Source: Auanema rhodensis (taxonomy: Eukaryota; Animalia; Nematoda). From it: a stretch of DNA of 64,000 nucleotides. Each line of letters starts with the position of its first letter. The first letter of the stretch is position 1. The position numbers were made by a program, and so were the translations under genes. Of this stretch, positions 12,145 through 25,500 are shown piece after piece. The notes under the pieces are model-generated. The model was not told the origin of the DNA. It saw nothing but the letters and a program-made list of their open reading frames with translations, and made no database searches. The DNA is taken from contig OZ059894.1 in the NCBI GenBank assembly GCA_964057225.1, positions 620,001 through 684,000 on the forward strand, given 5' to 3'.

Positions 12145-15100
12145 ATCACGTGTACATTTAATTAGCATAAATTAAAGTTCACGTAAATTTCAAAGTCATG
12201 GTTACCATGAACCAATATCAATAAAAATTTGTTTTTAGACTAATATGGACATGGGGAATCTAATTTTGAAAACCGCATCTCTTTATCTTTCACGTGAAGC
12301 AAGTTACATACAAAGTGCACATCACGTGTACATTTAATTAGCATAAATTAAAGTTCACGTAAATTTCAAAGTCATGGTTACCATGCACCAATATCGATAA
12401 AAATTTGTTTTTAGACTAATATGGACATGGGGAATCTAATTTTGAAAATCGCATCTCTTTATCTTTCACGTGAAGCGAGTTACATACCAAGTGCACATCA
12501 CGTGTACATTTAATTAGCATAAATTAAAGTTCACGTAAATTTCAAAGTCATGGTTACCATGAACCAATATCAATAAAAATTTGTTTTTAGACTAGTATGG
12601 ACATGGGGAATCTAATTTTGAAAACCGCATCTCTTTATCTTTCACGTGAAGCGAGTTACATACCAAGTGCACATCACGTGTACATTTAATTAGCATAAAT
12701 TAAAGTTCACGTAAATTTCAAAGTCATGGTTACCATGCACCAATATCAATAAAAATTTGTTTTTAGACTAATATGGACATGGGGAATCTAATTTTGAAAA
12801 CCGCATCTCTTTATCTTTCACGTGAAGCGAGTTACATACCAAGTGCACATCACGTGTACATTTAATTAGCATAAATTAAAGTTCACGTAATTTTCAAAGA
12901 CATGGTTACCATGAACCAATATCAATAAAAATTTGTTTTTAGACTAATATGGACATGGGGAATCTAATTTTGAAAACCGCATCTCTTTATCTTTCACGTG
13001 AAGCGAGCTACATACCAAGTGCACATCACGTGTACATTTAATTAGCATAAATTAAAGTTCACGTAAATTTCAAAGTCATGGTTACCATGCACCAATATCA
13101 ATAAAAATTTGTTTTTAGACTAATATGGACATGGGGAATCTAATTTTGAAAACCGCATCTCTTTATCTTTCACGTGAAGCGAGTTACATACCAAGTGCAC
13201 ATCACGTGTACATTTAATTAGCATAAATTAAAGTTCACGTAAATTTCAAAGTCATGGTTACCATGAACCAATATCAATAAAAATTTGTTTTTAGACTAAT
13301 ATGGACATGGGGAATCTAATTTTGAAAACCGCATCTCTTTATCTTTCACGTGAAGCGAGTTACATACCAAGTGCACATCACGTGTACATTTAATTAGCAT
13401 AAATTAAAGTTCACGTAAATTTCAAAGTCATGGTTACCATGCACCAATATCAATAAAAATTTGTTTTTAGACTAATATGGACATGGGGAATCTAATTTTG
13501 AAAACCGCATCTCTTCATCTTTCACGTGAAGCGAGTTACATACCAAGTGCACATCACGAGTACATTTAATTAGCATAAATTAAAGTTCACGTAAATTTCA
13601 AAGTCATGGTTACCATGCACCAATATCAATAAAACTTTGTTTTTAGACTAATATGGACATGGGGAATCTAATTTTGAAAACCGCATCTCTTTATCTTTCA
13701 CGTGAAGCGAGTTACATACCAAGTGCACATCACGTGTACATTTAATTAGCATAAATTAAAGTTCACGTAAATTTCAAAGTCATGGTTACCATGCACCAAT
13801 ATCAATAAAAATTTGTTTTTAGACTAATATGGACATGGGGAATCTAATTTTGAAAACCGCATCTCTTTATCTTTCACGTGAAGCGAGTTACATACCAAGT
13901 GCACATCACGTGTACATTTAATTAGCATAAATTAAAGTTCACGTAAATTTCAAAGTCATGGTTACCATGAACCAATATCAATAAAAATTTGTTTTTAGAC
14001 TAATATGGACATGAGGAATCTAATTTTGAAAACCGCATCTCTTTATCTTCCACGTGAAGCGAGTTACATACCAAGTGCACATCACGTGTACATTTAATTA
14101 GCATAAATTAAAGTTCACGTAAATTTCAAAGTCATGGTTACCATGAACCAATATCAATAAAAATTTGTTTTTAGACTAATATGGACATGAGGAATCTAAT
14201 TTTGAAAACCGCATCTCTTTATCTTCCACGTGAAGCGAGTTACATACCAAGTGCACATCACGTGTACATTTAATTAGCATAAATTAAAGTTCACGTAAAT
14301 TTCAAAGTCATGGTTACCATGAACCAATATCAATAAAAATTTGTTTTTAGACTAATATGGACATGGGGAATCTAATTTTGAAAACCGCATCTCTTTATCT
14401 TTCAAGTGAAGCAAGTTACATACAAAGTGCACATCACGTGTACATTTAATTAGCATAAATTAAAGTTCACGTAAATTTCAAAGTCATGGTTACCATGAAC
14501 CAATATCAATAAAAATTTGTTTTTAGACTAATATGGACATGGGGAATCTAATTTTGAAAACCGCATCTCTTTATCTTTCACGTGAAGCAAGTTACATACA
14601 AAGTGCACATCACGTGTACATTTAATTAGCATAAATTAAAGTTCACGTAAATTTCAAAGTCATGGTTACCATGCACCAATATCGATAAAAATTTGTTTTT
14701 AGACTAATATGGACATGGGGAATCTAATTTTGAAAATCGCATCTCTTTATCTTTCACGTGAAGCGAGTTACATACCAAGTGCACATCACGTGTACATTTA
14801 ATTAGCATAAATTAAAGTTCACGTAAATTTCAAAGTCATGGTTACCATGAACCAATATCAATAAAAATTTGTTTTTAGACTAGTATGGACATGGGGAATC
14901 TAATTTTGAAAACCGCATCTCTTTATCTTTCACGTGAAGCGAGTTACATACCAAGTGCACATCACGTGTACATTTAATTAGCATAAATTAAAGTTCACGT
15001 AAATTTCAAAGTCATGGTTACCATGCACCAATATCAATAAAAATTTGTTTTTAGACTAATATGGACATGGGGAATCTAATTTTGAAAACCGCATCTCTTT

Positions 15101-16720
15101 ATCTTTCACGTGAAGCGAGTTACATACCAAGTGCACATCACGTGTACATTTAATTAGCATAAATTAAAGTTCACGTAATTTTCAAAGACATGGTTACCAT
15201 GAACCAATATCAATAAAAATTTGTTTTTAGACTAATATGGACATGGGGAATCTAATTTTGAAAACCGCATCTCTTTATCTTTCACGTGAAGCGAGCTACA
15301 TACCAAGTGCACATCACGTGTACATTTAATTAGCATAAATTAAAGTTCACGTAAATTTCAAAGTCATGGTTACCATGCACCAATATCAATAAAAATTTGT
15401 TTTTAGACTAATATGGACATGGGGAATCTAATTTTGAAAACCGCATCTCTTTATCTTTCACGTGAAGCGAGTTACATACCAAGTGCACATCACGTGTACA
15501 TTTAATTAGCATAAATTAAAGTTCACGTAAATTTCAAAGTCATGGTTACCATGAACCAATATCAATAAAAATTTGTTTTTAGACTAATATGGACATGGGG
15601 AATCTAATTTTGAAAACCGCATCTCTTTATCTTTCACGTGAAGCGAGTTACATACCAAGTGCACATCACGTGTACATTTAATTAGCATAAATTAAAGTTC
15701 ACGTAAATTTCAAAGTCATGGTTACCATGCACCAATATCAATAAAAATTTGTTTTTAGACTAATATGGACATGGGGAATCTAATTTTGAAAACCGCATCT
15801 CTTCATCTTTCACGTGAAGCGAGTTACATACCAAGTGCACATCACGAGTACATTTAATTAGCATAAATTAAAGTTCACGTAAATTTCAAAGTCATGGTTA
15901 CCATGCACCAATATCAATAAAACTTTGTTTTTAGACTAATATGGACATGGGGAATCTAATTTTGAAAACCGCATCTCTTTATCTTTCACGTGAAGCGAGT
16001 TACATACCAAGTGCACATCACGTGTACATTTAATTAGCATAAATTAAAGTTCACGTAAATTTCAAAGTCATGGTTACCATGCACCAATATCAATAAAAAT
16101 TTGTTTTTAGACTAATATGGACATGGGGAATCTAATTTTGAAAACCGCATCTCTTTATCTTTCACGTGAAGCGAGTTACATACCAAGTGCACATCACGTG
16201 TACATTTAATTAGCATAAATTAAAGTTCACGTAAATTTCAAAGTCATGGTTACCATGAACCAATATCAATAAAAATTTGTTTTTAGACTAATATGGACAT
16301 GAGGAATCTAATTTTGAAAACCGCATCTCTTTATCTTCCACGTGAAGCGAGTTACATACCAAGTGCACATCACGTGTACATTTAATTAGCATAAATTAAA
16401 GTTCACGTAAATTTCAAAGTCATGGTTACCATGAACCAATATCAATAAAAATTTGTTTTTAGACTAATATGGACATGAGGAATCTAATTTTGAAAACCGC
16501 ATCTCTTTATCTTCCACGTGAAGCGAGTTACATACCAAGTGCACATCACGTGTACATTTAATTAGCATAAATTAAAGTTCACGTAAATTTCAAAGTCATG
16601 GTTACCATGAACCAATATCAATAAAAATTTGTTTTTAGACTAATATGGACATGGGGAATCTAATTTTGAAAACCGCATCTCTTTATCTTTCAAGTGAAGC
16701 AAGTTACATACAAAGTGCAC
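12145..16720. repeat. Higher-order tandem duplication: 2 x 13-mer (2288-bp period)
   Basis: The private marker ACTAGT (A99G) is at 12591 and 14879 (difference 2288). T160C, T140C, T7A/A83C, the paired G110A/T146C monomers and C149A/G157A/C168A recur at the same offset. Confidence 0.92.
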
Positions 16721-17248
16721 ATCACGTGTACATTTAATTAGCATAAATTAAAGTTCACGTAAATTTCAAAGTCATGGTTACCATGCACCAATATCGATAA
16801 AAATTTGTTTTTAGACTAATATGGACATGGGGAATCTAATTTTGAAAATCGCATCTCTTTATCTTTCACGTGAAGCGAGTTACATACCAAGTGCACATCA
16901 CGTGTACATTTAATTAGCATAAATTAAAGTTCACGTAAATTTCAAAGTCATGGTTACCATGAACCAATATCAATAAAAATTCGTTTTTAGACTAATATGG
17001 ACATGGGGAATCTAATTTTGAAAACCGCATCTCTTTATCTTTCACGTGAAGCGAGTTACATACCAAGTGCACATCACGTGTACATTTAATTAGCATAAAT
17101 TAAAGTTCACGTAAATTTCAAAGTCATGGTTACCATGCACCAATATCAATAAAAATTTGTTTTTAGACTAATATGGACATGGGGAATCTAATTTTGAAAA
17201 CCGCATCTCTTTATCTTTCACGTGAAGCGAGTTACATACCAAGTGCAC

Positions 17249-20200
17249 ATCAGGTGTGCATTTAATTAGCATAAATTAAAGTTCACGTAATTTTCAAAGA
17301 CATGGTTACCATGAACCAATATCAATAAAAATTTGTTTTTAGACTAATATGGACATGGGGAATCCAATTTTGAAAACCGCATCTCTTCATCTTTCACGTG
17401 AAGCGAGTTACATACCAAGTGCACATCACGTGTACATTTAATTAGCATAAATTAAAGTTCACGTAATTTTCAAAGACATGGTTACCATGCACCAATATCA
17501 ATAAAAATTTGTTTTTAGACTAATATGGACATGGGGAATCTAATTTTGAAAACCGCATCTCTTTATCTTTCACGTGAAGCGAGTTACATACCAAGTGCAC
17601 ATCACGTGTACATTTAATTAGCATAAATTAAAGTTCACGTAAATTTCAAAGTCATGGTTACCATGCACCAATATCAATAAAAATTTGTTTTTAGACTAAT
17701 ATGGACATGGGGAATCTAATTTTGAAAACCGCATCTCTTTATCTTTCACGTGAAGCTAGTTACATACCAAGTGCACATCACGTGTACATTTAATTAGCAT
17801 AAATTAAAGTTCACGTAAATTTCAAAGTCATGGTTACCATGCACCAATATCAATAAAAATTTGTTTTTAGACTAATATGGACATGGGGAATCTAATTTTG
17901 AAAACCGCATCTCTTTATCTTTCACGTGAAGCGAGTTACATACCAAGTGCACATCACGTGTACATTTAATTAGCATAAATTAAAGTTCACGTAAATTTCA
18001 AAGTCATGGTTACCATGCACCAATATCAATAAAAATTTGTTTTTAGACTAATATGGACATGGGGAATCTAATTTTGAAAACCGCATCTCTTTATCTTTCA
18101 CGTGAAGCTAGTTACATACCAAGTGCACATCACGTGTACATTTAATTAGCATAAATTAAAGTTCACGTAAATTTCAAAGTCATGGTTACCATGCACCAAT
18201 ATCAATAAAAATTTGTTTTTAGACTAATATGGACATGGGGAATCTAATTTTGAAAACCGCATCTCTTTATCTTTCACGTGAAGCGAGTTACATACCAAGT
18301 GCACATCACGTGTACATTTAATTAGCATAAATTAAAGTTCACGTAAATTTCAAAGTCATGGTTACCATGCACCAATATCAATAAAAATTTGTTTTTAGAC
18401 TAATATGGACATGGGGAATCTAATTTTGAAAACCGCATCTCTTTATCTTTCACGTGAAGCGAGTTACATACCAAGTGCACATCACGTGTACATTTAATTA
18501 GCATAAATTAAAGTTCACGTAAATTTCAAAGTCATGGTTACCATGAACCAATATCAATAAAAATTTGTTTTTAGACTAATATGGACATGAGGAATCTAAT
18601 TTTGAAAACCGCATCTCTTTATCTTCCACGTGAAGCGAGTTACATACCAAGTGCACATCACGTGTACATTTAATTAGCATAAATTAAAGTTCACGTAAAT
18701 TTCAAAGTCATGGTTACCATGAACCAATATCAATAAAAATTTGTTTTTAGACTAATATGGACATGGGGAAACTAATTTTGAAAACCGCATCTCTTTATCT
18801 TTCAAGTGAAGCGAGTTACATACCAAGTGCACATCACGTGTACATTTAATTAGCATAAATTAAAGTTCACGTAATTTTCAAAGACATGGTTACCATGAAC
18901 CAATATCAATAAAAATTTGTTTTTAGACTAATATGGACATGGGGAATCTAATTTTGAAAACCGCATCTCTTTATCTTTCACGTGAAGCGAGTTACATACC
19001 AAGTGCACATCACGTGTGCATTTAATTAGCATAAATTAAAGTTCACGTAATTTTCAAAGACATGGTTACCATGAACCAATATCAATAAAAATTTGTTTTT
19101 AGACTAATATGGACATGGGGAATCCAATTTTGAAAACCGCATCTCTTCATCTTTCACGTGAAGCGAGTTACATACCAAGTGCACATCACGTGTACATTTA
19201 ATTAGCATAAATTAAAGTTCACGTAATTTTCAAAGACATGGTTACCATGAACCAATATCAATAAAAATTTGTTTTTAGACTAATATGGACATGAGGAATC
19301 TAATTTTGAAAACCGCATCTCTTTATCTTCCACGTGAAGCGAGTTACATACCAAGTGCACATCACGTGTACATTTAATTAGCATAAATTAAAGTTCACGT
19401 AAATTTCAAAGTCATGGTTACCATGAACCAATATCAATAAAAATTTGTTTTTAGACTAATATGGACATGGGGAATCTAATTTTGAAAACCGCATCTCTTT
19501 ATCTTTCAAGTGAAGCGAGTTACATACCAAGTGCACATCACGTGTACATTTAATTAGCATAAATTAAAGTTCACGTAATTTTCAAAGACATGGTTACCAT
19601 GAACCAATATCAATAAAAATTTGTTTTTAGACTAATATGGACATGGGGAATCTAATTTTGAAAACCGCATCTCTTTATCTTTCACGTGAAGCGAGTTACA
19701 TACCAAGTGCACATCAGGTGTGCATTTAATTAGCATAAATTAAAGTTCACGTAATTTTCAAAGACATGGTTACCATGAACCAATATCAATAAAAATTTGT
19801 TTTTAGACTAATATGGACATGGGGAATCCAATTTTGAAAACCGCATCTCTTCATCTTTCACGTGAAGCGAGTTACATACCAAGTGCACATCACGTGTACA
19901 TTTAATTAGCATAAATTAAAGTTCACGTAATTTTCAAAGACATGGTTACCATGAACCAATATCAATAAAAATTTGTTTTTAGACTAATATGGACATGGGG
20001 AATCCAATTTTGAAAACCGCATCTCTTCATCTTTCACGTGAAGCGAGTTACATACCAAGTGCACATCACGTGTACATTTAATTAGCATAAATTAAAGTTC
20101 ACGTAATTTTCAAAGACATGGTTACCATGCACCAATATCAATAAAAATTTGTTTTTAGACTAATATGGACATGGGGAATCTAATTTTGAAAACCGCATCT

Positions 20201-22528
20201 CTTTATCTTTCACGTGAAGCGAGTTACATACCAAGTGCACATCACGTGTACATTTAATTAGCATAAATTAAAGTTCACGTAAATTTCAAAGTCATGGTTA
20301 CCATGCACCAATATCAATAAAAATTTGTTTTTAGACTAATATGGACATGGGGAATCTAATTTTGAAAACCGCATCTCTTTATCTTTCACGTGAAGCTAGT
20401 TACATACCAAGTGCACATCACGTGTACATTTAATTAGCATAAATTAAAGTTCACGTAAATTTCAAAGTCATGGTTACCATGCACCAATATCAATAAAAAT
20501 TTGTTTTTAGACTAATATGGACATGGGGAATCTAATTTTGAAAACCGCATCTCTTTATCTTTCACGTGAAGCGAGTTACATACCAAGTGCACATCACGTG
20601 TACATTTAATTAGCATAAATTAAAGTTCACGTAAATTTCAAAGTCATGGTTACCATGCACCAATATCAATAAAAATTTGTTTTTAGACTAATATGGACAT
20701 GGGGAATCTAATTTTGAAAACCGCATCTCTTTATCTTTCACGTGAAGCTAGTTACATACCAAGTGCACATCACGTGTACATTTAATTAGCATAAATTAAA
20801 GTTCACGTAAATTTCAAAGTCATGGTTACCATGCACCAATATCAATAAAAATTTGTTTTTAGACTAATATGGACATGGGGAATCTAATTTTGAAAACCGC
20901 ATCTCTTTATCTTTCACGTGAAGCGAGTTACATACCAAGTGCACATCACGTGTACATTTAATTAGCATAAATTAAAGTTCACGTAAATTTCAAAGTCATG
21001 GTTACCATGCACCAATATCAATAAAAATTTGTTTTTAGACTAATATGGACATGGGGAATCTAATTTTGAAAACCGCATCTCTTTATCTTTCACGTGAAGC
21101 GAGTTACATACCAAGTGCACATCACGTGTACATTTAATTAGCATAAATTAAAGTTCACGTAAATTTCAAAGTCATGGTTACCATGAACCAATATCAATAA
21201 AAATTTGTTTTTAGACTAATATGGACATGAGGAATCTAATTTTGAAAACCGCATCTCTTTATCTTCCACGTGAAGCGAGTTACATACCAAGTGCACATCA
21301 CGTGTACATTTAATTAGCATAAATTAAAGTTCACGTAAATTTCAAAGTCATGGTTACCATGAACCAATATCAATAAAAATTTGTTTTTAGACTAATATGG
21401 ACATGGGGAAACTAATTTTGAAAACCGCATCTCTTTATCTTTCAAGTGAAGCGAGTTACATACCAAGTGCACATCACGTGTACATTTAATTAGCATAAAT
21501 TAAAGTTCACGTAATTTTCAAAGACATGGTTACCATGAACCAATATCAATAAAAATTTGTTTTTAGACTAATATGGACATGGGGAATCTAATTTTGAAAA
21601 CCGCATCTCTTTATCTTTCACGTGAAGCGAGTTACATACCAAGTGCACATCACGTGTGCATTTAATTAGCATAAATTAAAGTTCACGTAATTTTCAAAGA
21701 CATGGTTACCATGAACCAATATCAATAAAAATTTGTTTTTAGACTAATATGGACATGGGGAATCCAATTTTGAAAACCGCATCTCTTCATCTTTCACGTG
21801 AAGCGAGTTACATACCAAGTGCACATCACGTGTACATTTAATTAGCATAAATTAAAGTTCACGTAATTTTCAAAGACATGGTTACCATGAACCAATATCA
21901 ATAAAAATTTGTTTTTAGACTAATATGGACATGAGGAATCTAATTTTGAAAACCGCATCTCTTTATCTTCCACGTGAAGCGAGTTACATACCAAGTGCAC
22001 ATCACGTGTACATTTAATTAGCATAAATTAAAGTTCACGTAAATTTCAAAGTCATGGTTACCATGAACCAATATCAATAAAAATTTGTTTTTAGACTAAT
22101 ATGGACATGGGGAATCTAATTTTGAAAACCGCATCTCTTTATCTTTCAAGTGAAGCGAGTTACATACCAAGTGCACATCACGTGTACATTTAATTAGCAT
22201 AAATTAAAGTTCACGTAATTTTCAAAGACATGGTTACCATGAACCAATATCAATAAAAATTTGTTTTTAGACTAATATGGACATGGGGAATCTAATTTTG
22301 AAAACCGCATCTCTTTATCTTTCACGTGAAGCGAGTTACATACCAAGTGCACATCAGGTGTGCATTTAATTAGCATAAATTAAAGTTCACGTAATTTTCA
22401 AAGACATGGTTACCATGAACCAATATCAATAAAAATTTGTTTTTAGACTAATATGGACATGGGGAATCCAATTTTGAAAACCGCATCTCTTCATCTTTCA
22501 CGTGAAGCGAGTTACATACCAAGTGCAC
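17249..22528. repeat. Higher-order tandem duplication: 2 x 15-mer (2640-bp period)
   Basis: Marker T115A (GGGGAAACTA) at 18771 and 21411. The monomer with A10G but no C5G is at 19009 and 21649. The remaining marker order is the same. Confidence 0.9.
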
Positions 22529-25500
22529 ATCACGTGTACATTTAATTAGCATAAATTAAAGTTCACGTAATTTTCAAAGACATGGTTACCATGAACCAAT
22601 ATCAATAAAAATTTGTTTTTAGACTAATATGGACATGGGGAATCTAATTTTGAAAACCGCATCTCTTTATCTTTCAAGTGAAGCGAGTTACATACCAAGT
22701 GCACATCACGTGTACATTTAATTAGCATAAATTAAAGTTCACGTAAATTTCAAAGTCATGGTTACCATGCACCAATATCAATAAAAATTTGTTTTTAGAC
22801 TAATATGGACATGGGGAATCTAATTTTGAAAACCGCATCTCTTTATCTTTCACGTGAAGCGAGTTACATACCAAGTGCACATCAGGTGTGCATTTAATTA
22901 GCATAAATTAAAGTTCACGTAATTTTCAAAGACATGGTTACCATGAACCAATATCAATAAAAATTTGTTTTTAGACTAATATGGACATGGGGAATCCAAT
23001 TTTGAAAACCGCATCTCTTCATCTTTCACGTGAAGCGAGTTACATACCAAGTGCACATCACGTGTACATTTAATTAGCATAAATTAAAGTTCACGTAATT
23101 TTCAGAGACATGGTTACCATGAACCAATATCAATAAAAATTTGTTCTTAGACTAATATGGACATGGGGAATCTAATTTTGAAAACCGCATCTCTTTATCT
23201 TTCACGTGAAGCGAGTTACATACCAAGTGCACATCACGTGTACATTTAATTAGCATAAATTAAAGTTCACGTAAATTTCAAAGTCATGGTTACCATGAAC
23301 CAATATCAATAAAAATTTGTTTTTAGACTAATATGGACATGGGGAATCTAATTTTGAAAACCACATCTCTTTATCTTTCACGTGAAGCGAGTTACATACC
23401 AAGTGCACATCACGTGTACATTTAATTAGCATAAATTAAAGTTCACGTAAATTTCAAAGTCATGGTTACCATGAACCAATATCAATAAAAATTTGTTTTT
23501 AGACTAATATGGACATGGGGAATCTAATTTTGAGAACCGCATCTCTTTATCTTCCACGTGAAGCGAGTTACATACCAAGTGCACATCACGTGTACATTTA
23601 ATTAGCATAAATTAAAGTTCACGTAAATTTCAAAGTCATGGTTACCATGAACCAATATCAATAAAAATTTGTTTTTAGACTAATATGGACATGGGGAATC
23701 TAATTTTGAAAACCGCATCTCTTTATCTTTCACGTGAAGCGAGTTACATACCAAGTGCACATCACGTGTACATTTAATTAGCATAAATTGAAGTTCACGT
23801 AAATTTCAAAGTCATGGTTACCATGCACCAATATCAATAAAAATTCGTTTTTAGACTAATATGGACATGGGGAATCTAATTTTGAAAACCGCATCTTTTT
23901 ATCTTTCACGTGAAGCGAGTTACATACCAAGTGCACATCAGGTGTACATTTAATTAGCATAAATTAAAGTTCACGTAAATTTCAAAGTCATGGTTACCAT
24001 GCACCAATATCAATCAAAATTTGTTTTTAGACTAATATGGACATGGGGAATCTAATTTTGAAAACCGCATCTCTTTATCTTTCACGTGAAGCGAGTTACA
24101 TACCAAGTGCACATCACGTGTACATTTAATTAGCATAAATTAAAGTTCACGTAAATTTCAAAGTCATGGTTACCATGAACCAATATCAATAAAAATTTGT
24201 TTTTAGACTAATATGGACATGAGGAATCTAATTTTGAAAACCGCATCTCTTTATCTTCCACGTGAAGCGAGTTACATACCAAGTGCACATCACGTGTACA
24301 TTTAATTAGCATAAATTAAAGTTCACGTAAATTTCAAAGTCATGGTTACCATGAACCAATATCAATAAAAATTTGTTTTTAGACTAATATGGACATGGGG
24401 AATCTAATTTTGAAAACCGCATCTCTTTATCTTTCAAGTGAAGCGAGTTACATACCAAGTGCACATCACGTGTACATTTAATTAGCATAAATTAAAGTTC
24501 ACGTAATTTTCAAAGACATGGTTACCATGAACCAATATCAATAAAAATTTGTTTTTAGACTAATATGGACATGGGGAATCTAATTTTGAAAACCGCATCT
24601 CTTTATCTTTCACGTGAAGCGAGTTACATACCAAGTGCACATCACGTGTACATTTAATTAACATAAATTAAAGTTCACGTAAATTTCAAAGTCATGGTTA
24701 CCATGAACCAATATCAATAAAAATTTGTTTTTAGACTAATATGGACATGGGGAATCTAATTTTGAAAACCGCATCTCTTTATCTTTCACGTGAAGCGAGT
24801 TACATACCAAGTGCACATCACGTGTACATTTAATTAGCATAAATTGAAGTTCACGTAAATTTCAAAGTCATGGTTACCATGCACCAATATCAATAAAAAT
24901 TCGTTTTTAGACTAATATGGACATGGGGAATCTAATTTTGAAAACCGCATCTTTTTATCTTTCACGTGAAGCGAGTTACATACCAAGTGCACATCAGGTG
25001 TACATTTAATTAGCATAAATTAAAGTTCACGTAAATTTCAAAGTCATGGTTACCATGCACCAATATCAATCAAAATTTGTTTTTAGACTAATATGGACAT
25101 GGGGAATCTAATTTTGAAAACCGCATCTCTTTATCTTTCACGTGAAGCGAGTTACATACCAAGTCCACATCACGTGTACATTTAATTAGCATAAATTAAA
25201 GTTCACGTAAATTTCAAAGTCATGGTTACCATGAACCAATATCAATAAAAATTTGTTTTTAGACTAATATGGACATGAGGAATCTAATTTTGAAAACCGC
25301 ATCTCTTTATCTTCCACGTGAAGCGAGTTACATACCAAGTGCACATCACGTGTACATTTAATTAGCATAAATTAAAGTTCACGTAAATTTCAAAGTCATG
25401 GTTACCATGAACCAATATCAATAAAAATTTGTTTTTAGACTAATATGGACATGGGGAATCTAATTTTGAAAACCGCATCTCTTTATCTTTCAAGTGAAGC

